A stretch of DNA of 64,000 nt from Eledone cirrhosa. Its lineage: Eukaryota. Where the stretch lies: NCBI GenBank assembly GCA_964016885.1, contig OZ024741.1, positions 369,768,001 through 369,832,000 on the forward strand. The letters are read 5' to 3'. Positions 33,892 through 47,488 of the stretch are shown piece after piece. Numbering within the stretch: the stretch's first letter is position 1; every line of letters starts with the position of its first letter. A program made the position numbers and the translations under genes. Below the pieces are notes generated by a model. It saw only the letters and a program-made list of their open reading frames with translations. It made no database searches and had not been told where the DNA came from.

Positions 33892-34246
33892 GAATGCAAA
33901 TATAAACTGCAAAAGCAGAGATCTAATTTACTGCATTAAATGCCTTTAATTGTGAAGAACTATATGTCGGTCAAACTGGAAATGCACTATCGGAACGTGC
34001 ACGGGTACACCGTCAGCAAATCAGAGACCCAAATGTCCGTCAGATACCCCTAAGTAACCATCTAGCAACATGTGGTCAGGGAATATTTATAATATTCCCG
34101 TTCTACAAATTACACAGCCCAAGTGAAATCAAGACAAAAATCAAAAAGAATTTTATTGATAAATTCAAACCCAAGCTAAATGAACAATAATAACACTTAG
34201 GGATATTACTTCTACTATGACTACGACCATGTCGACTACGACCTCT

Positions 34247-34288
<42 letters not shown>

Positions 34289-34775
34289 AATAATAATAAA
34301 AGTGATGTTGATGGTGATGATTACTAGAAAATGCTATTTTCATCATTTCTAAAAATAGCAAAGCAATTGATGCTTTGGATAGGATTAATTATTGGTCGTT
34401 AGACATGATCAACCAGCCGTGACGCTTAAACCAATCAGCTTTAGTAATTCAGTGAAACTACACACCGATTGGTCGAAATACAGTTTGCAAGATTTAGCAT
34501 TCTGGAGTCACTTTTCACTGTATATAAGGTACAAAATTTACCCATCTCATTACAGTTGAAAATTGCAAACTTGACTGTCACCACATATTATGAACCTGAA
34601 GATTGCGAAAGCATGAAAGTACTTGTTCAATTAACACTTAGAATTTAATATTCTATCATACTATTTCATTATAATACCATTATAAATTTTAAAGGATTGT
34701 AAATAAAACGAGTAAATCAAACAAAGTTGGAATTCCTCTTATTAATATAATCTGCTATACACAATCATACACACC
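33892..34775 (+). pseudogene. 3' fragment of a Neptune-like PLE (GIY-YIG plus pLTR)
   Basis: Translates NINCKSRDLIYCIKC / CEELYVGQTGNALSERARVHRQQI...IFPFYK...FKPKLN with one frameshift. Confidence 0.85.
34591..34629 (+). ncRNA. Minimal type I hammerhead ribozyme
   Basis: tgaac-CTGAAGA-ttgc/gaaa/gcat-GAAA-gtac-TT|gttca, with a 5-bp stem I. Confidence 0.8.
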
Positions 34776-34781
34776 CGTGTA

Positions 34782-34815
<34 letters not shown>

Positions 34816-35016
34816 GATAGAGTAAGACACGCTTCGCATCGGCTCCGCTATTCCATCGGGATTTACCCTTACTATTGTAAGTACCGGATAAATTTTTTAG
34901 TGCAACACATTTGGAACACTAACCCCTGTTATTTAGGGAAACATTTTTGCATTTACCCCCTTTTTAGGGGGTAAAATAAATATCTATTTTTGCCGAAAAA
35001 TTTCTTTCTTGGCAGC

Positions 35017-36849
35017 ATGGCGGAAAAGATGGCAGACATGTCTGCCATTAGCTCTGCCACGCCCCCCAAGTCTGAAGAACAAAAAATAATTACAACAAAA
35101 TTAGACATTGAAACAAACAAACAAAATGAAAAAACAAATGTTAAGGAAAATGAGCAAACAGAAAACAAACAAACAGAAAATAATACAAATAACGACAGGG
35201 CAACTTTCGCCCAGAAAACAAAGCAATCCATTACATACACACCAATTGACCTAACTGCCGCCAGAGAAAAACTGGCCGAAGCAAAGAAACATATTGTTTT
35301 GGGGGAAAACGGAATGTTTTCCATTAACTCCCCCCCAGAATTCAAGAAAGCCAGAGCAGAAAACACAGTTATATACAGAACTATACTAAACCAGTCAAGA
35401 AAGCCAGCACAGCCCAGCCAAATGGAAATAGAGTTAGTCCTAAAAGACTATATGAAGAATATTCTCTTCATACGAAAGGACCGACTCTATGGCAGCATTT
35501 CGGTCCTAACAAGAGACAAAGAAACGGCGGTTCAGCTTTCCCTAAGCCCACTCTCGTCGACAACATATAGCTTCTATCCCTCCTACATGGGTAGAAGAAC
35601 ACAGAGAATAAAAGTAAAAACAATGCTGCCCACAATGGACTTCTGGTGGGCTATTGCTGGCTTCATTGATATGGGCGAAGACACTGCTGTCAATGGGGAA
35701 GGCAACTGGAGATGCGTTCCTGGGAATGGGCCTCGACATACTAGTCCAAATGAGGCCCGAAAGAATAGCACAAATCCCGGATCGCATCTGGCTGGATGAC
35801 CTTACCCCAATAGACATAATTGTAGAGGGGAGGAGACCAGCATGCTATTTATGCATGGAAAGGGGACACGTTAAGGCTAACTGCCCGAAACGTATCCCCC
35901 AAAAAGGACTATTGCCCACACCCACCACAAACAGTACACCAGCACCACCCACCTCCAAAAATACACTAATACCACACACAGCAAACAAAATACAGACACC
36001 ACCAACCACAAACACAACACAAACATCACCACCACCAGCACCAAACACAAGCACGACACAAAAATCACCACCACCAACCACAACACAAACATCACCACCA
36101 CCAATACCAACCACAAGCACGACACAAACATTACCACCACCACCACCACAAAACCCATTCCAAACAAATAATAAAAAAAACAGTAACAAATCTACCCCTC
36201 CCGCAAAAAAAAACAACCACACAACACGTCCCTCCCACCTAGCGCTGAAGAGTTTCCCCCAACTTCTGAAGAAGAAGGAGGAGAAGCCTTCAGACAAGTT
36301 AAAAGAAAAAAAAGAAAACACACACCCAGCACACCACAAATAACCCACACACAAACACCAACTCCAATCAAAAACACCCCACCCTCAACAAACAAAAATA
36401 AATCTGCGCCTCCCCTCTCCGAAACATTGACAGCATCACAAAAAAAGACGTTGCAATACACATATATAAATAAAGAAAACAAAAAACTGGTTAAATTAAT
36501 AAACAATAACCCTATGGTGCAGACCGAAGGGCCAAACTTTATCTCAACAGGGAACTTCACCCATTTAAAAATGATAAAGGTCCCTCTGGACCTTTATCGT
36601 TCCCTAAAAGAACAATTTAGACGGGACGTGAGCCCCCCCTGTTTAAAACCGTTGAATCGCGTCCTCTTGAAAGATTTCCCCATAACCGCCCCTCTCCCTG
36701 ACACAACTCCAAATACCCCAACCCCACCACACACGTGTACCCCCACACCACCACAAAACATCCCTCCACCCAACACACCTGATGCCATGGAAATTACGCA
36801 ACCCGGAGAGGTAAGTGCTTTTCTTTCTTCACTTTCAACACCAAAATAG
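35017..36849 (+). pseudogene. LINE ORF1 with CCHC zinc knuckle and Pro/Thr-rich tail; two frame breaks
   Basis: CYLCMERGHVKANC; ORF pieces 34990-35799, 35654-36343 and 36427-36849. Confidence 0.8.
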
Positions 36850-39800
36850 ATCAATTGAGAGTTGGCTGTTTGAACGCGCGTGGCCTGAGCTCAGCTTGGA
36901 AGCAAGCAAAGCTTCTAAGTGACCTCAGGTCACAAAGTATAGATGTGATGGTTGTTTGCGAGAGTCGGATCAGCAGCGTGAGACAGCTGGCGCCCGCCTT
37001 CGATGACTTTGAGATGCACGCATCTCTCTGTCAACCCGGAGGCGGTGGGGGGGGGGGGGGGGAGTTGCCGTACTGCTGGATAAACGTCTGACTCTCGACG
37101 TACAGATTGTTCACTCGGACCCGGGGGGTCGATTACTGGTGCTGGACGTCGGAGGTGGTGAAGGCGGGGCTTTCAGACTGGTCGGTCTTTATGCTCCCTT
37201 CGGGGCGGAGAGAGCCGACTTCTTCCAACGTCTGGAGACTTTTCTAGGAACGTCGCGTTCCCTGCTTTTAGTGGGGGACTGGAATGGAATCCTGGATGCG
37301 CGTTGGGACTATGCAGGGGCATGTCCCGATAGAGGGGGGTGTAGCAGCCTCAAGGGGTTACTCGATCGATTCGACCTGGTCGATAGATTTCGACTAGATT
37401 GTCCAACTGCGCCAACCTGGACCTGGGCAAACCGCAGTGGACAATCTAGATCGTACCTAGATAGGTTTTTGGTTAGGAGTAAGGATAGGGACGTATTTAG
37501 TTGTCCAGAACTGATCATGGTTGGCTATTCAGATCACAAATTAGTGACCTGCGTGGTCAACCTTGATAGAACGCATAGACAGGGTCCCGGTTACTGGAAG
37601 ATGAACTTGTCCTTACCGACAAAGAAAGATTACAGAAACCGGATTAGTAGCTTAGTTAAGATGCGGTTGACGGGAGCGATCGTCAACAGTAGGTGGTGGA
37701 TATCTCTAAAGAGAGAGATTAGAGTAAGTTCGATAGGTTACAGTAAGGAACTAGCGGCGAATAGAAATAGGAGGGAAAGGGAGTTAACAGATAAACTAGA
37801 AGAGGCGATTAGGAGCGGAGACGTAGCCAGAGTGTTAGCGACGAGAACGGCATTGAGCCAGTTCTTTGACGCGAAGCACGAAGGCTGCGTTGTCCGAAGT
37901 AAAATACGTGCTTTAGGAAACGAGGGGACCAAAGCTGTTAGCTGGGCCCGCGTGACAGAAGCCAAGAGTGGAATTAAATCCACCATTCGGTCTTTGCGAG
38001 ACCAGGATGGACGGGTGATCCTTGAACCTGAGCGAATGTGCGAGACCTTTCAAAGGCACTTTGCTCGACTGTTCGGAGGTGGCGGGGGGCCGGACGGGGA
38101 TGTGGACTTCGGTCCATACCTCGACGGTCTACCGCGTCTTTCGAGCGGCGAAGCGGAGTGCTGCGAAGGGCCAATCACAGCCACTGAAATCGGGGAAGCG
38201 CTCAGCCAATGCAGCAGACGCAAATCCCCGGGTCTCGATGGTCTACCATACGAACTTTATTTAGCTATGCCGGTCTTGTTCTCCGAACTCCTCGAGGCTG
38301 TCTATTGCAACTGGCAACAGAACGGGAGAATTCCCTGTTCTGTGACCAAGGGCGTGGTCACGCTAGTGAGGAAGGACGAGAGCAAGGGGGACGACTTAAG
38401 TAACTTTAGGCCCATAACTCTGCTGAATGCAGAGTTACAGATTTTGGCCAAGGTGTTGGCGAAGAGGTTGGCGCTTGTGGTGGGTGGTTTGGTGGGAGAC
38501 GCGCAGACATGCGCTATCCCGTCCAGGTCCATTCACGACAACCTCCACCTCATGCGATACATCATAGAGAGGGTTGGCTACGAACCCGGTTTTGGTGGGG
38601 CCCTGATCAACTTGGATCAATCTAAGGCGTTCGATAGGGTCGACCATGGTTACCTGGATGCGGTGCTAGCGGCGGCGGGCTTCGGACCCGTTTTCAGGGG
38701 CTGGATTTCTGCCATGCACAGTGGCAACATCTACTCTAGGATTAAAGTAAACGGCTACCTCTCGGAGCCGTTTCAAATCACCCGATCCATCAGACAGGGG
38801 TGCCCCCTCTCCTCCCTTCTGTACGTATTGACTCTCGAGCCACTGCTGCGGAAGTTGGAGTTGCTGCGGGGCATACCCCTGGAACCGGGATTGCACAAAG
38901 CGGTCTCGGCCTATGCCGACGACGTAACAGTAATGGTGGCGGACGCCTCGGAAATCGGGGCGATCGCCACCCTACTGGAGGAATACGAAAGGCTGACGGG
39001 GGCTAAGCTGAACCAGGACAAGTCAGTCGGTTTGCAACTCGGAACGTGGAGGGGCAAACCGATGCCGTTAGACGGTGTCGTCGGGCGGTGGACGGAGGGC
39101 CCGGTGAAGCTGCTCGGGGTCTGGTTCGGACCGGACCTCCAGGTGGAGAAGAATTGGGGCGAGGTGACGAGCAGGGTGTTTGCGCTGACCCAGAAGTGGG
39201 CCAAGTGCAAACTATCACTGAAAGGTCGGGCGGAGGTGACGAACGCTTACATAGCGTCCGTCATCTACTACCGCCTGACCGTCGTGCCTTGCCCCAAGGA
39301 AAAGCTCACCATCATGGAACGCATGCTCTTCCAGTTCCTCTGGAAGAAGCGGCCTCCCATGGTGAGGAGATCCATCTGCTGCCAGCACCCTTCGAAAGGA
39401 GGGCTGGGTATGCCGTGGCTGTTGATGCGTAGGCACGCATTGAGGCTACGGCATCTACAGGTATTCCTCAACGGTCAGCCGGTGTGGGCCCCGTTTGTGA
39501 GGCGAGCCTTCCCACAGCTCGTCTCGCTCACCGAACTGCAATCCTGGGTGAAGCAAAGACCGAGAAAACTGGGCAACTGGCACACTGAGTGTGCCCAGGC
39601 GCTCACGGCTATCTGGCAAGCGGACCCGACTGTCAGTGGAGAATCCACCTCGACATTCTATAGAGGGTTGGTGGCTAGCAGGGGCGACGACACCCTTGGA
39701 GAGTCGCTAGGCATGGAGGAGGACGAACTGGCCAGCCTGTTCGGTAGAACTTTCGGCCCGGGACCCATGGACAACTTCCAGAGGTCCCTAGCCTGGCAGT

Positions 39801-40294
39801 GTTACCGGGGGGCTCTGCCCGTTCGAGAAAAGCTCTACAGACACGGGCGCCCGGGCAGGGATCCCGCGAAAAAGATCTGTCCCAGATGCGTGCGCGACGA
39901 GGAAACCGTTGCGCATGCACTGGTACACTGCCCGGGCGTTGCCGATCTGTGGGGCTACGTCGAACGACTGCTGTCGCGTGTGGCACCGATTCGATTAACC
40001 GCCGAGTCTGTGGTGAACATCAAGCCGCCTCCTCCCTTCAGAAATGAAGCAGAGGCGGTCTTTCTGTGCGTAATAGCCATGATGAAAGAGGTTGTGTGGT
40101 GGACGCGCCTGAAAGGTCTGAGGTCGGGTGACTTTCTCTCCGGCCATCACCTGGTTTACTTCTTCCGATACCACTTCGGAAGAAGAATCAGGATGGAGAG
40201 AGAAGTGCTTGGTCCCAGACAGTTTTATGAAAGGTGGGTGAAAGAAGCGAGAATGGCCCGTGTAAATGGGCCTTCTCTCTACATTGTTCTGTAG
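36846..40294 (+). CDS. LINE ORF2: APE endonuclease, RT and C-terminal Cys/His finger; one frameshift in the poly-G at ~37047-37062
   Basis: LNARGL, GDWN, YLDRF, SDH, GYWKMN, KSPGLDGL, FRPITLLN, LDQSKAFDRV, RQGCPLS, YADD, CPRC...ETVAHALVHC. Confidence 0.93.
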
Positions 40295-40526
40295 GTGAAG
40301 AAGTGAAGAGGAAAGGGGGAGCGCCTCCTCTCTGGGCTTCCCCCGCGAAAAGAGTTGCACACTTTTCGGGGGTATGTGCAATCCCCAACACGCCCCCTCC
40401 CTTTTGAGGACTTTTTTATTGTTATATTATTATTGTTATTCCTTTTTTCTTTACTCGATTTATGTAAACTCCCCCACTGTGTAAATGTCCCCTTCTTTTG
40501 TGCCCTCGTGGCAAATAAATAGAAAT

Positions 40527-40631
<105 letters not shown>

Positions 40632-41214
40632 TGTCTGTGTGTGTATGTGTATATTCAAGTTGTTGTTCCTCTCGGGCGATTGACTTCTACTCTAACGTGA
40701 TGACCGATGGCTAGTGGTTGGAATTTTGTAGATGGAAACTTCAGAAGTTCATCGTATGCACACCCACCACACACACACCCACCCACGCGTGTGTGCATGT
40801 TTATATTTGTATCGGTGTTTATTTTTCAGTTTGAAAAAAAAAGATATAGGGAAAAAAATTAGTCGTTGTTCTGAAAAAATGAGTATCGGAGTCGATATTA
40901 TCAACCAAATCCATTCAAGGCGATGCCTAGCATGGCCGCATTCTAATGACTGAAATCAGATCAACCGCAAATATCGTATTAACACTTTCGATGCCAAACT
41001 ATTTGAAATCATCCTTGACTCTATGACATAAAGTTTTTCCATTTATCTTAAAAAAAAAAAATATGTTATTACATTTGTTAACAATGAGGAAATTAAGTTA
41101 TTTTACTAAATACAAAATTAATTGAAACACATAGGCAGTATCTTTTATTAGAAATATGGGAACGAATCGCCAACCCTTTCGTAACCATATTTCTAGCGAT
41201 CATTGACATGTTAA

Positions 41215-41400
41215 GATAATTGTTTCTACTTTTGGCACAAGGCCAGCAATTTCCCCAGTGCATTACTGGTACTTTATTTTATTGACGCCCGTAAAAATGA
41301 AAGGCAAAGTTAACCACGGCGGGATTTTTAACCCAGAACGTAAACGGCCATAACTCTATGCTGTAAAGCATGGCGTCCGACCCTCTACCAATACTGATAA
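41215..41400 (-). mobile_element. tRNA-derived SINE of the 53.3-54.4 kb family (pieces also at ~1140-1200, 41655-41735, 46865-46930)
   Basis: Reverse complement of aatcccgcc..gttaactttgcctttcat...aaataaagtaccagt. Confidence 0.75.
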
Positions 41401-41937
41401 CTTCATAATAGATTTATAAATGTAACGTTTTTACATACAGAATAAATAATTTATTAATAACAACAATAAAAAAAAAATCATAAACAAATTCATTTCAAAT
41501 AACAACAACACTTAAAAATGGAAAATCAAGGGAAGAGCAAGGGTTCTGGGGCCACAGAAAATGGGAGGGAGAAGGGGAGGGTGCTGCACTCTAGGCATAG
41601 GGCGCAACGGTGTTGGGGTTGCGCCCGCGGACAAGACCGCAAATACTTTGTTGTGATCGTTTAAATCCCGCCGAGGTCGCTTTACCTTTCCTACTTTCGA
41701 GGACGACAAAAAAGTACCAGTCTAATACTGGCGTAGATTCTTCTTCTATGTCTCTTTCTTACTTTCTCTCTCTCATGTTCTATCCTTCTCTGGGTTGGAG
41801 AAGGGTTGTCTCCGTTAGATTTAAAATCCCCAAGAAACGCCGTATATCACAACATCGGCCGTACGACTCCTGCAGGGGTTACGGGACCATACAATATAAC
41901 ATACAATTTTCACTGGTCACATTCGTTACCTATAAAA

Positions 41938-43455
41938 CTCATCATCATCATTATCACCACCACAACGACTATCACCATCACTCCCACCACCATCACCATT
42001 ATCACCACAACCATCACCACCATCACCACCACTATCGCCACAATCACCATCGCCATCACCACCATCACCACCACTATCACTACCTCCACCACCACCACCA
42101 TTCCCACTACTATCACTGCCACCACCACCACTACCACCACGACCACTATCGCCACCACCACCACAACCATCACCATCACTATCACCACTATCACCTCTAC
42201 CACCATCGCCACCATCAACCACCACCATCGCCGTCACCACAATCACGTCCACCATCGTCATCACCCACCATCACGATCTCCAGCATCACCATCACCATCA
42301 CCATTGACGTCAACAACAACTACAACAACATATTTAACAACGTTACTATAGCTATGAACGCCACTAACCACAACAACACTATCACCACCACTACCAACAT
42401 CACCACCACCACCACCACCACCACCACCACCACCACCACTATCACCACCACCACCACCACCACCACCACCACCACCACTACCAACATCACCACCACCACC
42501 ACCACCACCACTACCACCACCACTACCAACATCACCACCACCACTACCACCACCACTACCAACATCACCACCACCACCACCACCACCACTACCAACATCA
42601 CCACCACCACCACCACCACCACCACCACCACCACCACTACCAACATCACCACCACCACCACCACCACCACCACCACCACCACCACCACCACTACCAACAT
42701 CACCACCACCACTACCACCACCACTACCACCACCACCACCACCATCACCACCACCACTACCAACATCACCACCACCACTACCACCACCACTACCAACATC
42801 ACCACCACCACTACCAACATCACCACCACCACCACCACCACCACCACCACCACTACCAACATCACCACCAACACCACTACTACTAACATCACCACCACCA
42901 CCACCACTATCACCACCACTACCAACATCACCACCACCACCACCACTACCAACATCACCACCACCACCACCACCACCACCACCACCACCACTACCAACAT
43001 CACCACCAACACCACTACTACTAACATCACCACCACCACCACCACTATCACCACCACTACCAACATCACCACCACCATCACCACTACCACCACCACTACC
43101 AACATCACCTCCACCACTACCACCACTACCACCACCACCACCACTACCACCACTACTACCACCACCACCACCACCACCACCACCACCACCACCACCACCA
43201 CTACCACCACTACAACCACTACAACCACCGCCACCACCACTACCACCACTACAACCACTACCACCACACCAGCACTACCACCACTGCCACCACCACCACC
43301 ACCACCACCACCACCACTTCCATCACCACCACCACCACCACCACCACCACCACCACCACCACCACCACTACCACCACAAGAACAACAACAACAACAACAA
43401 CAACACCTACAGCAATAACAACATAAACAACAACAACAACAACACCTACAGCAAT

Positions 43456-43486
<31 letters not shown>

Positions 43487-43566
43487 CCTACAGCAATAAC
43501 AACATAAACAACAACAACAACAACACATACAGCAATAACAACAACAACAACAACAACAACACCCGC

Positions 43567-43600
<34 letters not shown>

Positions 43601-43662
43601 CCTACAGCAATAACAACATAAACAACAACAACAACCAACAACAACACATACAGCAATAACAA

Positions 43663-43697
<35 letters not shown>

Positions 43698-43860
43698 CAT
43701 ACAGCAATAACAACAACAACAACAACAACACCTACAGCAATAACAACATCAAGAACAACAACAACAGCCCGCCCCCACCCCACCACAAACAACAACAACA
43801 ACAACACCTACTGCAACAAAACGCCAAGAACAACAACAATAACAACAATAACAAGAAACA
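41938..43860. repeat. ~1.9-kb trinucleotide array (CAT/CAC)n to (ACC)n to (CAA)n with higher-order units
   Basis: Recurring actaccaacatcaccaccacc and cacctacagcaataacaaca units. Confidence 0.92.
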
Positions 43861-44787
43861 ATAGATTGATAAAGTCCAGGAAACGTTGTAATTAATCAGA
43901 AAGTGAAGTCATTAATATATTTTTTTTATTGCATCGATTAAATGCAGGTGTTGCACACTTGAATTGTGTTGTATTTTACATTGAAATGTCGCACTGCATT
44001 TCTGCACGGCTGCTGTCTTCCGTCATCTCTTGATTGGGAAGGAAAATTAATTTTACAATTGTCTGTTATCTCATCCAGGAACGATGACTGTAGCCATCAT
44101 CTCTTTATCGCTAAATACACCATATACACACACATCTTAATACACACGCACACACACATGTTAATACACACTTGTCTTAATACACACACACACACACACA
44201 CACGCATACACACACACACGTACACTCACACACACATCTTAATACACGCACCTCTTAATACATACACATCTTAATACATACACATCTTAACACACACACA
44301 CATACACATCTTAATACACACACACATCCACACGTAGGGACACTGCCCCCCCCCCCCCCCGCACGCACACACACGCACAATCACACGCACACACGAACAC
44401 ACGCATACACGCACACACATCTACACGCACACACACGCGTGCACACCACCACGCACACGATCATACATACACGCGCACAAAGACACAAACACGCACGTCT
44501 TAACAACAAAACACGCACACATAGACACACCTTTCAACACAATACACATGCACGCATACACACAACTAAACACAACATACACACAACTAAACACAACATA
44601 CACACACACAACGACTTCACACAACATACACATTTTAATACAACAGACGCACACGCAACACACATACACAAGTATATATACGCACCTTAAAACAACGCGC
44701 GCACACACCTTAACATAACACACACACACATTAAATCTCACACTCCTAAACATAGCATGCACACACATCCCAAAACATAACGCACAT

Positions 44788-44873
44788 ATATTGGGTCGTC
44801 AAGTATGAAATTTGTAGAAATTTGTTTTCTTTTATACAAATTTCTACAAGTTTCATACTTGACGACCCAATAT
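44788..44873. mobile_element. Tiny MITE-like palindrome with ~38-bp arms
   Basis: atattgggtcgtcaagtatgaaa...tttcatacttgacgacccaatat. Confidence 0.7.
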
Positions 44874-46516
44874 TTTAATATCGCAAGGACACACACCTTA
44901 ATACATTACACATACTCGTACACACACATAGCTTAACACACCACACACCTACCTTAACAAAACACACAGACATGACTTAGCACTACACACACACATACAC
45001 ACACATACACACACATACACACATGGTTTAACACAGTACACACACGCAAACTTAACCAGTGTGCCGCAAGATCTTCCTAAGTGTTCCGCGAAATTTTGAA
45101 CGGCACATTAAGAAAATGCGAAAAACCACGTGATCCCAATTGAGTATTCACAGTCTGTGCTGGAACATGTTGCACTACATAGCTTTGTTCATTTAAGGAT
45201 GAGCGAAATGTTTCCAAATGTCGCAATGCTAAAAATTCTATATCTTTTATTATTTCGTTCGTCATTAGTATTGATCCTATGAATGGATATTAGTCAATAC
45301 TTGTCTTAAGGTGAGACCCTCTCCGGAAGAAAAAAAAAATTATTATATCATGCATCTTTTTTTCACTTTTATGGTAGAATCTACTTCTAAAACTGAGACA
45401 AATGATATATTTCTTTTTTATCTAGTCCTAATTTTTGCTGAGATATGACCAAAAATGGTTGAAAAATAGCGTAATTTTCAGAGTTCTTTTGAGAAAATCC
45501 AAATAAGCTATGAAGATCATTTTTACATTTTTAGAATCAGAAAAGCAGTCATTGTATGGTAACAGAAGCCTTTTAAAAAAATATTTTGGGAAACATTTTT
45601 TTATCGTCATCAGTGTGCTGGAAAGTAAAAAAAAACTGAAAAAAAAAAATCACATTCTTTTGGATAAAAGTGACTATAACATTTTTTCAAGGCAGAATTT
45701 AAAAAAAAGGCTCTGTCCCGATGAAGCTATTATTATATGGAAGGTCTCCTCACAATTTCAAGCAAATCTATCGAGTATATTTTCTGGAAAGAGTTATGAA
45801 ATTTTGAGAAGTACCCATTTTGAGAAAATTGCCTGTAAAAATTAGAAACACAAATGTCAGCTTCTACCTGTTTCGGAACAATCTATGGATGATTCCGATG
45901 ATTTAGCTCAGAAATCTCTGGTTTATGCTACTTAATGAGTCCATGTTAGTTTCCCTTTACATATATTTTGTCTCTATATGGCATAATTTCCTAATTTCCT
46001 GGTGGATTATCTCATCGGAAGGGTGAGTTTGGCTGCCATGTCTACATTGTGATGAGGGGAAAGCGAGTCATGTCATGTACTGGACGAATCAGCGGGCGCC
46101 ATTCGCCGAGTGAAGCCGAAAAGGAGGCTCGATGTGCATTTGCTTGTTCAATATGCGTCGATTTTCTGGCTTTTTACACCGGAGAGTTCCAGTGTTTCAT
46201 CATCTTATGCTAATGAGGGTATAGTAGAAGTCTGTAGCTGTCTACTGGTGTGTAGAACATAGCAAACATGGCGGATTTATGATGTGTTGTCAGTGCTCAA
46301 ACTTTGACTATTTTTGTGCGTAATACATCGAACATTGATGATTTCCAGCTAGAAATGGTCTCATAAAATATCAATTTTAGGTAGGAAGACATATTTTTAT
46401 TGTTTTGCTGTGTTTGTACACGAAAGAGAAGGCTTTGTGGGACCGAAATACACTGTCATCTCAATATAGACAATCCTACCCAAAACTGTCATATTGATAT
46501 TTCATGACCCTTCACA

Positions 46517-46815
46517 ATGGATAAATATTTGAAAAGGAAAGATATTAGTGACGAGTCTAAGTCCAGAGGCGAACCACCATCAATCTCTATTGTCAAAAAG
46601 AGAAACATTAATCGACAATATTGTGAAAATTATTTGAAATTTGGATTTTATTGGTCTGGTGACATTAACAAACCAAGTAGTGTGCGGTGGAACAATGTCA
46701 TGAATCCATGGTACCAAGTAAGTTAGAAAGACATTTTAATTCAAAACATTCATCTCTGAAAGATAAAAAGCTTGATTACTTTCAAAGACTGTTAGAGCAG
46801 AAATCAAAACAGCGA
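46517..46815 (+). pseudogene. hAT Buster/ZBED5-type transposase N-terminal remnant
   Basis: MDKYLKRK...RQYCENYLKFGF, then in another frame ESMVPSKLERHFNSKHSSLKDKKLDYFQRLL, typical of the Buster BED-finger region. Confidence 0.75.
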
Positions 46816-47288
46816 AATAATAGTATTAAAATCTAAATCTCACACGCTTGCTGAGTCAGATCATAAAGGGCTGTAACTCTATGCTGCAAAGCATGGCGCC
46901 TGACCCTCTACCGATACTGCCAATCCACCGATATGAGACAACATAATACACACCTTAACAGAGCTCACACACACACACACACACACACACACCGTAATAG
47001 CACGCGATACACAGACCTTAACACAGCTTACATACACATACATACATGCACATACTTTAACACAACACAGCACATACAGACACAGAAGATGTGTGTGTAT
47101 GTTGTGTTGGATCTCTGTCAAATCCTAGGACGAGCGTTCAACGCAACAGTCTGTCCGAATATTAAAATGTAAATAGCTGACTTTCATTCGACAGACACGT
47201 ATACACTTAAGGCAGTTCTTTTTAAGATCCAGTGTGACACAGCATACGATAGGGTTAGTCCTTTCACTTACAAATATAACTCACTTTT

Positions 47289-47488
47289 NNNNNNNNNNNN
47301 NNNNNNNNNNNNNNNNNNNNNNNNNNNNNNNNNNNNNNNNNNNNNNNNNNNNNNNNNNNNNNNNNNNNNNNNNNNNNNNNNNNNNNNNNNNNNNNNNNNN
47401 NNNNNNNNNNNNNNNNNNNNNNNNNNNNNNNNNNNNNNNNNNNNNNNNNNNNNNNNNNNNNNNNNNNNNNNNNNNNNNNNNNNNNNNN
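47289..47488. other. Assembly gap (200 N)
   Basis: Run of n. Confidence 0.99.

Noticed and set aside
36811-36849. Possible 39-nt GTAAGT..TAG intron fusing LINE ORF1 to ORF2
   Set aside because: Removing it keeps the ORF1 frame and hits TGA at 36856 instead of entering ORF2.
41610-43418. 602-aa His/Thr/Pro-rich, mucin-like ORF
   Set aside because: Translation of a trinucleotide array. It starts at a TTG in SINE-adjacent sequence, and the opposite strand is also open.
45305-46030. Possible Kolobok-type non-autonomous DNA transposon (TTAA-GG start)
   Set aside because: No matching right terminal repeat found by eye.
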